NCBI GenBank assembly: GCA_964465225.1
Contig: CAYXJD010000002.1
Coordinates: 1-41,002 of the forward strand
Direction of reading: 5' to 3'
From: an uncultured Actinomycetota bacterium
GTDB lineage: Bacteria > Actinomycetota > Nitriliruptoria > Nitriliruptorales > Nitriliruptoraceae
Length of the DNA stretch: 41,002 nt
Shown: positions 1-9,028 of the stretch, in pieces
How the letters are laid out: every line of letters begins with the position of its first letter
Position numbering within the stretch: position 1 is the first letter of the stretch
Position numbers and translations under genes: made by a program
The notes under the pieces: model-generated
What the model saw: the letters and a program-made list of their open reading frames with translations, nothing else
Database searches by the model: none
Told to the model about the DNA's origin: nothing

Positions 1-2
1 AC

Positions 3-707
3 GTGTACGGCTCGATCTTCCGCTTCGAGGGCCAGCTGAGCGTGTTCTACGCCGCGGAGGGTCCGTGCTACCGGTGCATGTTCCCCGAACCGCCGCCGCC
101 GGGCATGGTCCCCAACTGCGCCGAGGGCGGGGTGCTGGGCATCATGGCCGGCCACATCGGCACGGCTCAGGGCATCGAGGCGATCAAGCTGCTGACCGGT
201 ATCGGCGAGCCGATGATCGGCCGGTTGGGGTTGTACGACGCACTGGCGCAGGAGTGGCTGTACGTCACGGTCCGCAAGGACCCCAGCTGCCCGGTCTGCG
301 GGCCGGAACCCACGGTCACCGAGCTCATCGATTACGAGGCCTTCTGCGGTATGCCCTCCCACGACCGTGCGCTCGAGGCGGACCTGTCCCTGGCCGAGTT
401 GGAGATCCTGCCGACCGAGTACGCGGAGATCGCCTCCAAGCCCGATGTGGCGCTGCTGGACGTCCGCGAGCCCCACGAGTACGAGATCAGCCGGATCCCC
501 GGGGCGAGGTTGATCCCCAAGGACAGCCTCGCCGGTCAGCTCGCCGAGCTGGACCCGACCATCGAGTACGTCGTCCACTGCAAGTCGGGGGTGCGCTCGC
601 TGGAGTCCACGCAGCTGCTCAGGGGCGCCGGCCTGCGGGCTCGCTCCATGCGTGGTGGGATCAACGCCTACAGTCGGCAGGTGGACAGCTCGATCCCGAT
701 CTACTGA
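3..707 (+). CDS. moeZ: MoeZ-like adenylyltransferase/sulfurtransferase (C-terminal half of a ThiF/MoeB domain plus rhodanese domain); 5' end cut by window edge
   Basis: ORF is open from the window start. CYRC and CPVC cysteine pairs are typical of the MoeB/ThiF C-terminal half. A rhodanese domain follows, with active-site loop HCKSGVRS. Confidence 0.85.
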   Translation: MYGSIFRFEGQLSVFYAAEGPCYRCMFPEPPPPGMVPNCAEGGVLGIMAGHIGTAQGIEAIKLLTGIGEPMIGRLGLYDALAQEWLYVTVRKDPSCPVCGPEPTVTELIDYEAFCGMPSHDRALEADLSLAELEILPTEYAEIASKPDVALLDVREPHEYEISRIPGARLIPKDSLAGQLAELDPTIEYVVHCKSGVRSLESTQLLRGAGLRARSMRGGINAYSRQVDSSIPIY

Positions 708-713
708 TCACCC

Positions 714-3140
714 TCAGCCGCGCAGCTGCTCGAGCAGGCTGGTGAGCCGCTGCCGGGGCCGTCCGTTCAACAGGTCGACCAGCCCGTCGATCCAGCGCAG
801 CGGGGGCTTCCCGCCACCGAGCAGCGTCAGGGTCCGCAGGGGCGCCTCGGTGATCACGGCCTCGAACATGCGGCGGCTGGCCTCGTCGGCGCCGGTGGCA
901 CCTTCGATCCGACGGTGCGCGGCGGCCAACAGGGCTTTGTGCACGCGCGCGCCGAGCGGCGTCGCGGGCAGGTCCGCCACGGAGCTGTTGCGGTGGAACG
1001 GCAGCACCGGATCGGGCGCCGAGACGGGGTGGCCGAGCAGGGCGGCGAACCCCGCATCGTCGGCCAGCGTCCCGGCAGGGATCGTCGCCGGGGTGAGGTG
1101 GTCGTCGGAGGCCACCTCGATCGTGGTCCGCGCCGCGAGGTCGACCGAGGACCGGCCGACGAGCACCTCGTAGCTGCCGCCCTCCACGACCCAGGCCTGC
1201 GTCGCGACGTCGTAGACCCGGAAGGATCGACGGTCCAGCGTCAGCGACACGCGCTGCTCCGCACCGGCGGCGAGGTGGACCTTGACGAAGCCCTCGAGCT
1301 CCTTGGCCGGTCGCCAGACCACCGAGTCCCGGGCGTGCAGGTACAGCTGCACGACCTCGCTGCCGGCACGTGTCCCGGTGTTGCGGACGGTGACGTGGAC
1401 GGTGCGGTCCGTGCCGTCACCGGTCACCTCGAGGTCGCCGAGCTCGAAGCTCGTGTAGCTGAGCCCATGTCCGAAGGGGAAGGCGGCGGGGACCCCGGTC
1501 GTGTCGTGGAACCGGTAGCCGATCAGCGGACCTTCACGGTGCTGGACCTGCTTGGGATGGCCCGGGAAGTTGGCGTCGGCGGGCAGGTCGGCGATCGCGG
1601 CGGGGAAGGACTCGGCCAACCGGCCGCCGGGTTCCACGTCACCGACGAGGACGTCGGCCAGACCGCTGCCGCCGGCCTGGCCACCGAGGTAGGCCTCCAC
1701 GATCGCGGCGGCACGGGGTGCCCACGGTAGGACCACGGGGGCACCGTTCTGCAGGACCACCACGGTCGGGGTGCCGGTGGCCAGCACGGCCTCCAGCAGC
1801 CGCGTGTGGCCGGGGGGCAGCGCGAGGTGCTGCCGGTCGAAGCCCTCGGACTCGTAGCGCTCGGGCAGCCCGACCACGACGACGGCCACGTCGGCGGCCT
1901 CGGCCTGCGCCACCGCCTGTGCCACCAGTTGGTCGGTGGTGGCGCCGGTCACCGGGTCGTAGCCCGGGGCGTAGCCGACGGCCACCTCGCCGTCGAGCCG
2001 GGTGGTCAGCGCGGTGCGCAGGTCGTCCAGCTGCAGGGGGGTGACCTGGGAGCTGCCGGCGCCCTGGTAGCGGGGGCTGGTGGCGAAGGCGCCGATGACG
2101 GCGAGGTGCTCCGGGACCGCACGGTCGGCGGCCAACAGGGGCAGGGTCCCGTCGTTGGTCAACAGCACGGTCCCGGCAGCGGCCGCCTGGCGTGCCAGGG
2201 TGTGGTGGGCCGCCGCGTCGAAGGCGGCGTCGCGGGTGCGGTGGGCGCTGGCGCGGATCAGCAGCTCGACGACACGGATCGCGCAGCGGTCGATCTCCGC
2301 TGCCGACAGCCGCCCCTGCTCCGCGGCGCGCAGCACCTCGCGGTCCAGGGCGCCGCCGCTGCCGGGCATCTCCAGGTCACAGCCGGCCTGGGTGGCGGCG
2401 ACGCGGTCGTTCAGCCCGCCCCAATCGGACATCACCAGCCCGTCGAAGCCCCACTCCTCGCGCAGCACCTCGGTCAGCAGCCAGCGGTGGTCGGAGCAGT
2501 AGGTCCCGTTCAGGCGGTTGTAGGCGCTCATCACCGTCCACGGGCGCCCCGTCTCGACCGCGATCTCGAAGGCCCTGAGCTCCATCTCCCTGAGGGTCCG
2601 CTCGTCGACGATCGTGTCGATGATCATGCGGAACCGCTCCTGGTGGTTGGCCGCCAGGTGCTTCAGGCACGCACCGACGCCCTCGGACTGGATCCCGCGG
2701 ACCAGGGCACCGGCCAGCGTGCCGGCCAGGAGTGGGTCCTCGCTGAGGTACTCGAAGTTGCGGCCGCCGGCCGGATGGCGCTTGAGGTTGAGGCCCGGAC
2801 CGAGCAGGACGGCGACCTGCTCGGCGCGGGCCTCGCGACCCAACGCGGCGCCGACGGCCGTCAGCAACTCCGGGTCCCAGCTGGCCGCCAGCGTCACCGC
2901 CGTCGGGAAGCAGGTCGCCGGCACCGCGTCCGACAGGGAGAGCTCATCGTCGCCGGCTTTGCGTAGCCCGTGCGGACCGTCGGCGACCATGATCGGTGCG
3001 AGCCCGGCGCTGGGGACGCCCTCGAGGTGCCACTTGTCGGTGCCCGACAGCAACGCCACCCGGGTCTCGAGGTCGAGCTCGGCGACGATGCGTGCTGCGT
3101 CGCTTCGGTGCTGCTCGGGCGGTTGCTGCTCACCGGTCAC
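714..3140 (-). CDS. glycoside hydrolase family 3 beta-glucosidase (BglX-like)
   Basis: Long ORF 714..3242 with GH3 hallmarks (GLRKAGD.., KHLAANHQE, nucleophile motif LVMSDWGG, C-terminal FnIII-like region). The track start at 3242 is a TTG. I prefer the GTG at 3140 (VTGEQQ..), which has GGAG 6 nt upstream. Confidence 0.88.
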   Translation of the reverse strand: MTGEQQPPEQHRSDAARIVAELDLETRVALLSGTDKWHLEGVPSAGLAPIMVADGPHGLRKAGDDELSLSDAVPATCFPTAVTLAASWDPELLTAVGAALGREARAEQVAVLLGPGLNLKRHPAGGRNFEYLSEDPLLAGTLAGALVRGIQSEGVGACLKHLAANHQERFRMIIDTIVDERTLREMELRAFEIAVETGRPWTVMSAYNRLNGTYCSDHRWLLTEVLREEWGFDGLVMSDWGGLNDRVAATQAGCDLEMPGSGGALDREVLRAAEQGRLSAAEIDRCAIRVVELLIRASAHRTRDAAFDAAAHHTLARQAAAAGTVLLTNDGTLPLLAADRAVPEHLAVIGAFATSPRYQGAGSSQVTPLQLDDLRTALTTRLDGEVAVGYAPGYDPVTGATTDQLVAQAVAQAEAADVAVVVVGLPERYESEGFDRQHLALPPGHTRLLEAVLATGTPTVVVLQNGAPVVLPWAPRAAAIVEAYLGGQAGGSGLADVLVGDVEPGGRLAESFPAAIADLPADANFPGHPKQVQHREGPLIGYRFHDTTGVPAAFPFGHGLSYTSFELGDLEVTGDGTDRTVHVTVRNTGTRAGSEVVQLYLHARDSVVWRPAKELEGFVKVHLAAGAEQRVSLTLDRRSFRVYDVATQAWVVEGGSYEVLVGRSSVDLAARTTIEVASDDHLTPATIPAGTLADDAGFAALLGHPVSAPDPVLPFHRNSSVADLPATPLGARVHKALLAAAHRRIEGATGADEASRRMFEAVITEAPLRTLTLLGGGKPPLRWIDGLVDLLNGRPRQRLTSLLEQLRG

Positions 3141-3266
3141 ATCGGCTCCATCGCCGGATATGGGCCAGCTCGCAGGCGACCGGTGTGACCCGCCGGCGGG
3201 CCCGGGCACACGGGGCGTCCGGGCACGGTAGCAACCCGCCACACCGGTTCTCGTTGGTGACGAGCC

Positions 3267-3782
3267 TCACTGGACAGCGGCCGCCGAGGCCTCGACGCGC
3301 ACCACGTCCCCGACCCGTACGGGGCCGTCGGTCAGGACCCGTGCGGTGATCCCGCCGTGTCCCCGCATCGCCTGGAACCCACCGGAGCCCAGTGCCTCCT
3401 CCATGCGGGAACAGGGGTGACACCAGCCGCTGCCCTCGAGCACGACCTCACCGATCCGGAAGCGGCGGTCACGCAGCGACGCGAGGTTGATCCCGGCGAC
3501 CACGAGGTTGCGCCGGAGCAGCGCGGGGTCGAGCGCGTCCCGGCCCAGCAGGCCGGCGACCACGGGCAGGTGCTCGGCCTGGAGCAGGGTCACCTGTCGC
3601 TTGGCGGCCGGATCCGGCGAGCGGCCCACCGAGCGGTGATCGCCCGACAGGCCGAGGCCAGCCACCACCTCGGCGTGATCGACCGAGCGGGGCCCGCCGC
3701 GACGTTCGGGACGCAGGAGGACGGCGGTCAGCTGCCCTTGCTGCGGCACGTGGTCGACCAGCGCTCGGGTGGAGTTGTCCAT
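3267..3782 (-). CDS. MOSC domain-containing protein
   Basis: 171-aa ORF. ATG at 3782 is preceded by GGAGG. MOSC-like C-terminal beta-barrel with conserved Cys (GWCHPCSRME). It lies 48 nt downstream of the ABC ATPase on the same strand. Confidence 0.75.
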   Translation of the reverse strand: MDNSTRALVDHVPQQGQLTAVLLRPERRGGPRSVDHAEVVAGLGLSGDHRSVGRSPDPAAKRQVTLLQAEHLPVVAGLLGRDALDPALLRRNLVVAGINLASLRDRRFRIGEVVLEGSGWCHPCSRMEEALGSGGFQAMRGHGGITARVLTDGPVRVGDVVRVEASAAAVQ

Positions 3783-3830
3783 CGCCGTGGCCTCCGGGTC
3801 CGCCGCTGGCTGCGGGTCGCTGCCGGCAGG

Positions 3831-4895
3831 CTACTGGTCACCGTCGTCCGCCAGCAGGTGGATCCCCGCGACCTCGACCGCCAGGGTGACCCGGTCGCCG
3901 ACGTCGGGGAGGTCCCCGCGCCAGGCGGGCACGTGCAGTCGCTGTCCCGTATCGGCGTCCACGACCAATCGCAGGTGGTCGCCCTGGAAACGGCGGCTGG
4001 CCACGGTCGCCGCCACCGGCAGCTCGCCGTCGGCCGGTGGGGTGGTGGCGGACACCAGCCGCAGGGCCTCGGGCAGGAGCACGGCTTCCCGGTCACCGGT
4101 GCCGGTGCCGGCGTCACTGACCGCTGTGCGTGGGATCCGGCCCCAGGGGGTGTCGACGTGGTCCGCCAGCGCGCGGACCGTGATCGTGTGGTCGAGGCCG
4201 AGGAAGGCAGCGACGAAGGGGGACCGGGGGCCACGCCACAGGGCGGTGGGGGTCCCGAGCTGCTCGAGCCGCCCCTGCCGCATGACCGCGATGCGGTCAG
4301 CCAGGGACAGGGCCTCGTCCTGATCGTGGGTGACGTAGAGGACGGTGGTCCCGAGCTCGGTGAACACCTGGGGCAGCTCCTCGAGCAGACGTGTCTGCAG
4401 TGCGCGATCCAGGGAGCCGAGCGGTTCGTCGAGCATCAGCAGTCGCGGCCGCGGTGCGATGGCGCGGGCCAGCGCCACCCGCTGGCGCTCGCCACCTGAG
4501 AGCTCATCGACGTGACGGTCGGCCGTCCCGCCGAGACCCACCAGGGCGAGTGCCCCGTCGACCCGCTCACGGACCGACGCACGGTCGAGCCCGTGGACCC
4601 GGGGGCCGAAGGCCACGTTCTCGGCCACCGTGCGGTGCGGGAACAGCGCGTGCTCCTGGAACATCAGCCCGACGTCGCGCTGGTCGGGTCGCAGCCCGGC
4701 CAGGTCCTGGCCGTCGAGGTGGATCGCGCCGGCCACCGGCGGTTCCAGCCCGGCCACGGCGCGCAGCAGCGTGGACTTGCCGCAGCCGGACGGGCCGAGG
4801 ACGCAGAGCACCTCGCCGTCCGCGGCGGACAGGGAGAGGTCGTCCACGACGACGGTGCCGTCGTAGGCCAGGGTGAGGTGGGAGATCGACAGCAT
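3831..4895 (-). CDS. ABC transporter ATP-binding protein (thiamine/iron-type importer, ThiQ/FbpC-like with C-terminal TOBE-like domain)
   Basis: Walker A GPSGCGKST, signature LSGGERQRV, Walker B LLMLDEP. Start ATG at 4895 (MLSISHL) shares one base with the permease stop (TGATG). The upstream part of track ORF 3831..6059 overlaps the permease frame and is treated as an artefact. Confidence 0.9.
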   Translation of the reverse strand: MLSISHLTLAYDGTVVVDDLSLSAADGEVLCVLGPSGCGKSTLLRAVAGLEPPVAGAIHLDGQDLAGLRPDQRDVGLMFQEHALFPHRTVAENVAFGPRVHGLDRASVRERVDGALALVGLGGTADRHVDELSGGERQRVALARAIAPRPRLLMLDEPLGSLDRALQTRLLEELPQVFTELGTTVLYVTHDQDEALSLADRIAVMRQGRLEQLGTPTALWRGPRSPFVAAFLGLDHTITVRALADHVDTPWGRIPRTAVSDAGTGTGDREAVLLPEALRLVSATTPPADGELPVAATVASRRFQGDHLRLVVDADTGQRLHVPAWRGDLPDVGDRVTLAVEVAGIHLLADDGDQ

Positions 4896-6796
4896 CAGAA
4901 CCGGCCCACGGCGCCGACCCGTAGCCGATCGATGGTCAGCAGCGCTGCGGCGGTGACGGCGGCGAGGAGGGTGGACATCGCCATGGCCTGGCCGAAGTTC
5001 GTCACGCCGGGTCGGCCCAACAGGCGGAAGATCGCCACCGGCATCGTCGGGAGCGTGGCCCGGGCGACGAAGATGGTCGCGCCGAACTCGCCGACCGCGA
5101 TCGCGAACGCGAAGCCGGCCGCGACCAGCAGCGCGCGGCCGACGATCGGCAGGTCGATCTCGCGCCAGACGCGGCCCGGGCTGGCGCCGAGCACGGCAGC
5201 GGCGTCCCGCAGGCGCTGGTCGATCGAACGCAGGACCGGCAGCAGGGTCCGGACCACGAAGGGCGTGGCGATCAGCGCCTGGGCGATCGGCACCAGCCAC
5301 GGGGAACCGCGCAGGTCGACGGGGCGGTCGAGCGCGATCAGGAACCCGAACCCGACGGTCACGGCCGAGGTCCCCAGGGGGACCATCAACGCACGGTCCA
5401 CCAGGCCCGTGATCCAACCCCGTCCGACGGTGGCCGCCGTGGCGGCCAGGCCACCGACCACCAGCGCGACCAGCGTCGCGCCGAGACCGAACGCCAGCGA
5501 GTTCCGTACCGCCTGCCCGGCCGGCACGGCCAGGACGGAGGTGGTCTCGTCGGCCAGCAGCCGCTGCCAGTTGGCCAGCCCGTAGCCGGAGGCGGTCATC
5601 AGCGACCGCTCCACCAGGACCGCCAGCGGGCCGAGTACCAGGACGACGATCACGGCCAGGTTGGTGCGCAGGAACCAGCGCTCGCCCCGGGTGCGGGGTG
5701 GGCGTCGCGTGCGTTCCGCCGCGACCAGTCGCTGCTGTTGCACCCGCCGGGTGAGGCGCCCGTACACGGCGAGTGCCGTCAGCACGGCGACGAGTTGCAG
5801 CAGCGCCAGGGTGGAGGCCAGGGGCAGGTCGAGGAGCTGGGTCGTGGCCCGGTGGATCTCCACCTCGATCGTGGCCCGGCCCGGGCCACCGAGGATCAGC
5901 ACCACACCGAAGGAGGTGAAGGTGAACAGGAAGACGATCGCGGCCGAGGAGGCGATGGCCGGACTGAGCAGGGGCAGGGAAACCTCCCGGAACGTCCGCC
6001 AGCGGGAGGCACCGAGCACCCGGGCGGCATCCTCGAGTCGGGGGTCCAGCATCGACCACAGACCCCCGACGGTGCGGACGACGACGGCGTAGTTGAAGAA
6101 CACGTGGGCGAGCAGGATCGCCGTCACCGTCCGACGGAGATCGAGGGTCGGGGCAGCGTCGCCGAGCACCGCCACCAGCGCGGTGTTGACGGGGCTACGT
6201 GGACCGAGCAGCGCCAGGAAGGCCGAGCCGACGACCACCGTCGGCAGCACGAAGGGCACGGTCACGGCTGCCTGCAGGGAACGACGGCCCCGGAACTCGA
6301 GCCGGGCGAGGGCATAGGCACCGGGGAGCGCGACGAGGAGGGTCAGCCCGGTGGAGACCACCGCCTGCCACAGGGTGAACCACGCGACGCTGCGCACGCT
6401 CCCGTCGGTGATCACCCGCGAGAGGACGGAGAGTTCCACCTCGCCGTCGGGAGCCAGTCCCAGCCCGACGATCGCGCTGACCGGCCAGACGAAGAACCAG
6501 CCGAGGAAGGCGACCGGCAGCGCGAGCAGGGCGAGGGTGACCCAGCGGGGCGCCCGGCGTCGGCCGGTGCCCGGCTGAGGCGCGGGATCAGCCGACCGTC
6601 GCCGCCCGTCGCCGTCGGTCGTGCCGCTCCTCGTGCTCGTCGCGTTCACCGCGTTGGTCGCGTTCACCGCGTTCGTCGCGTTCGTCGCGTCCACTGCGCT
6701 GGTCGCGCGGGATGCGCTCGGACCACTCGTGGCGCTGGATGCGCTCGGACCGCTGGTCGCGCTCGCCCTGCCCGCCCCGCTCGGACCGCTCGTCAC
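4895..6796 (-). CDS. ABC transporter permease, fused two-domain type (ThiP/FbpB-like)
   Basis: Two tandem permease halves with many TM segments. The track start GTG at 6817 would overlap the upstream gene by 25 nt. An in-frame GTG at 6796 forms a GTGA overlap with the substrate-binding gene stop, so I prefer it. The N-terminal ~90 aa are low complexity and encoded by tandem DNA repeats. Confidence 0.85.
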   Translation of the reverse strand: MTSGPSGAGRASATSGPSASSATSGPSASRATSAVDATNATNAVNATNAVNATSTRSGTTDGDGRRRSADPAPQPGTGRRRAPRWVTLALLALPVAFLGWFFVWPVSAIVGLGLAPDGEVELSVLSRVITDGSVRSVAWFTLWQAVVSTGLTLLVALPGAYALARLEFRGRRSLQAAVTVPFVLPTVVVGSAFLALLGPRSPVNTALVAVLGDAAPTLDLRRTVTAILLAHVFFNYAVVVRTVGGLWSMLDPRLEDAARVLGASRWRTFREVSLPLLSPAIASSAAIVFLFTFTSFGVVLILGGPGRATIEVEIHRATTQLLDLPLASTLALLQLVAVLTALAVYGRLTRRVQQQRLVAAERTRRPPRTRGERWFLRTNLAVIVVLVLGPLAVLVERSLMTASGYGLANWQRLLADETTSVLAVPAGQAVRNSLAFGLGATLVALVVGGLAATAATVGRGWITGLVDRALMVPLGTSAVTVGFGFLIALDRPVDLRGSPWLVPIAQALIATPFVVRTLLPVLRSIDQRLRDAAAVLGASPGRVWREIDLPIVGRALLVAAGFAFAIAVGEFGATIFVARATLPTMPVAIFRLLGRPGVTNFGQAMAMSTLLAAVTAAALLTIDRLRVGAVGRF

Positions 6797-7941
6797 CGCA
6801 GCACCGTGGCCGTCCACGCTTCGATCCAGGCCTCACGCTGCTCGCCGATCACCTGGGGGTCGAGCTCCAGCGGGTCGCTCGGGACCACCGCGTGCTCCAC
6901 GAACACCTCGGGCAGCTCGGCCTCCTCGTTGACCGGGAAGACGAACATCGTGAGCGGGACGTCCTCCTGGAAGGTCGGCGAGAGCAGGAAGTCGACCAGC
7001 TCCTGGGCTTCGGCCTGGCGCTCGGTGCCGGCGAGGATCCCGACGAACTCGACCTGGCGGAAGCAGGACGCCTCGATGACCCCGGTCGGCGCCGTCTCGG
7101 GCTGCGGATCGGCGAAGTACACCTCTGCGGGCGGACTCGAGGCGTAGGAGACGACCAGTGGCCGGTCGCCGCCGCCGGTCCCGCTGAACTCGTCGTAGTA
7201 CGCCTCCGACCAACCGTCGGTCACGACCACGTCGTTGGCGACCAGCCCCTCCCAGAAGTCGAGGTAGCCGTCCTCGCCGAAGCGCTCGATGGTCGCGAGC
7301 AGGAAGGACAGGCCGGGGGAGGAGGTGGCCGGGTTCTGGACCGCGAGCAGGCCCGCGTAGGCCGGGTCGGTCAGGTCGGCCAGGTCATCGGGGACCTCGA
7401 GGTCGCGCTCATCGAACCAGGCGACGTCGTGGTTGAGGCACACGTCGCCGTAGGTGACCGGGATCGCCCGCAGCTCGGGATCGAGCAGGAAGCGGTCGTC
7501 GACCTGATCGAGCATCGGGCTCGCGTAGGGCGTGAACAGTTCCGCCTCGAGGGAGCGAGAGAGGAACGTGGTGTCCACCCCGAACAGCAGATCACCCTGG
7601 GGCGCGTCCTTGGTGAGGATCGTCTGGTTGAGCGCGGTGCCCGCGTCACCGAGCGGCACGATCGCCACCTCGATGCCGGTGTCCTCGGTGAACGAGGACA
7701 GCACGTCCTCCGAGACATCGAAGGAGTCGTGGGTCAGTAGGGTCACCTCACGCGGCTCGTCGGCATCCTCGTCGGTCGTTCCGTCCGCGTCGTCGGTGGC
7801 GTCGGTGGCGTCGTCGGTGGCGTCGGTGGCGTCGTCGGCCGCGTCGCTCGCCGGATCGGTGGTGGATCCGTCGTCCGCGCACGCGCCGGTGAGCAGTGCT
7901 GCGGCGAGCAGGGCGACGAGATGGTGGGTGGGGACGGTCAC
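6793..7941 (-). CDS. thiamine-type ABC transporter substrate-binding lipoprotein (ThiB/TbpA-like)
   Basis: Signal peptide with lipobox LLTGAC, an acidic D/A/T repeat linker, then a periplasmic-binding-protein fold resembling ThiB/iron-binding family. GTG start at 7941 overlaps the TPK stop (GTGA). Sits in a TPP-riboswitch-controlled operon. Confidence 0.85.
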   Translation of the reverse strand: MTVPTHHLVALLAAALLTGACADDGSTTDPASDAADDATDATDDATDATDDADGTTDEDADEPREVTLLTHDSFDVSEDVLSSFTEDTGIEVAIVPLGDAGTALNQTILTKDAPQGDLLFGVDTTFLSRSLEAELFTPYASPMLDQVDDRFLLDPELRAIPVTYGDVCLNHDVAWFDERDLEVPDDLADLTDPAYAGLLAVQNPATSSPGLSFLLATIERFGEDGYLDFWEGLVANDVVVTDGWSEAYYDEFSGTGGGDRPLVVSYASSPPAEVYFADPQPETAPTGVIEASCFRQVEFVGILAGTERQAEAQELVDFLLSPTFQEDVPLTMFVFPVNEEAELPEVFVEHAVVPSDPLELDPQVIGEQREAWIEAWTATVLR

Positions 7942-8657
7942 GGGTACTCCTCAGTGCCGGTGGTAGCGGTGTCCGGTGGTCCACCGGGCTGCACGGCGAC
8001 GAGGACGCCGTCGGAGACGGTGACCGTCGCGCGTGCACCGGTGAACACGTTGCTGACACCCAGCGAGGAGCCGACGGGCAGTGTCGCCTCATCGAGCGGG
8101 AACCTCAGACCCCTGGTGCTGACGCCATGGGCCGGACCGTGCATCGCCAGGAGGCTGACCAGTTCACCGGGGCTCCCGACGAGCGCGGCTCGGTCGCGGA
8201 TCACCGTGACCACCGCCTCTCCGAGCAGCGCTGTGACCTGCAGCGAGGTGTAGGCCGGCGCGGCGAGCAGGGCGACGTTGGCGAGCAGGTGATCCAGGCG
8301 CCCCCCGTGGCCGCCGACCAGCAGCACGTCGGCGGGCCCGGTGGCCACGATCGCGTCCAGCGCGAGCGCGAGATCCGTGCGGTCCTTGTCGACCGGGTGC
8401 TGCTCGATGCGGGTGCCGGCTGCCCGTGCGGCCTCCAGATCGTCGGGCTGGACCGAGTCCAGGTCCCCGACGAGCAGGTCGACCGGGACCTCCAGCAGTG
8501 CCGCGGCGCCGTAGCCACCGTCCGCGGCCACGACCAGGTCGAGGCGTGGCAACGGACGGGGGAGGGGGAGCAGGACGGCGTCGCCGCCGGCCAGGACGAG
8601 CACCTGGCGCCGCCCGCTGCGTCCCGTCGCCGGGACCTCGGACTGCTCGCCTGGCAT
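7938..8657 (-). CDS. thiN: thiamine pyrophosphokinase
   Basis: TPK motifs: VVAADGG, LVGDLDSV, DKDRTDLALAL, GGHGGRLDHLLANV. ATG at 8657 is preceded by GGGAGGTG, which also forms the 3' end of the riboswitch. Confidence 0.88.
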   Translation of the reverse strand: MPGEQSEVPATGRSGRRQVLVLAGGDAVLLPLPRPLPRLDLVVAADGGYGAAALLEVPVDLLVGDLDSVQPDDLEAARAAGTRIEQHPVDKDRTDLALALDAIVATGPADVLLVGGHGGRLDHLLANVALLAAPAYTSLQVTALLGEAVVTVIRDRAALVGSPGELVSLLAMHGPAHGVSTRGLRFPLDEATLPVGSSLGVSNVFTGARATVTVSDGVLVAVQPGGPPDTATTGTEEYP

Positions 8658-8659
8658 CG

Positions 8660-8780
8660 TGTCACCTCCCTATCGCCGGCATTACCCGGTTCAGGTTCCA
8701 CGGGTCGGTGACACCGCCGCTTCGAACGGCCGGTCACCCTCTCAGCTCGGCGTCGTCCGAGCTCCCCGGGTGTCATCAGC
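8660..8780 (-). promoter_or_regulatory. TPP (THI-box) riboswitch
   Basis: Minus strand reads ..CACCCGGGGAGCUCGGACGACGCCGAGCUGAGAGGGUGACC..GGUGUCACCGACCCGUGGAACCUGAACCGGGUAAUGCCGGCGAUAGGGAGGUG.. This matches the conserved THI element cores (GGGGxGC, CUGAGA, ACCC, AACCUGA, CCGGxUAAUxCCGGCG, UAGGGA). Its 3' end overlaps the SD of thiN. Confidence 0.9.
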
Positions 8781-8880
8781 GGCACCCTCGAGGTGCCGCC
8801 GGCTCCCAGGGTAGCCCGGCTCAGCGCGCCTGCCGGTGGTGGGGGCCGTAGCGCCGCGCCTCAGCGCGTGCGTGCGCCGG

Positions 8881-9028
8881 AGGCGGCGGATCGCACCCGA
8901 TCGACGGCCGGATGGCCGGTCTGTTGCGATCGCTCAGCTCGAGCGGCGGAGGCGGCGGATCGCACCCGATCGACGGCCAGCTGGCCGGTCTGTTGCGATC
9001 GCTCAGCTCGAGCGGCGGAGGCGGCGGC
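8881..9028. repeat. 69-bp tandem repeat, about 2.1 copies
   Basis: Unit aggcggcggatcgcacccgatcgacggcc(g/a)g(a/c)tggccggtctgttgcgatcgctcagctcgagcggcgg occurs at 8881-8949 and 8950-9018, with a partial third copy. Each unit contains small palindromes (cgatcg, gcgatcgc, ggccgg). It overlaps the last codons of CDS 9003..9425. Confidence 0.9.

Noticed and set aside
4896-6059. N-terminal 388 aa of the 742-aa minus-strand ORF 3831..6059
   Set aside because: It lies entirely inside the permease gene in another frame and has an Arg/Pro/Gly-rich composition. The recognisable ABC ATPase begins at MLSISHL (4895), which has a stop/start overlap. This is a typical high-GC long-ORF artefact.
8881-9028. Possibility that the tandem repeats (69-bp array and the 13-, 15-, 17-bp arrays) are CRISPR arrays
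   Set aside because: The repeats are directly adjacent without unique spacers, copy numbers are 2-5, and no cas genes are present.
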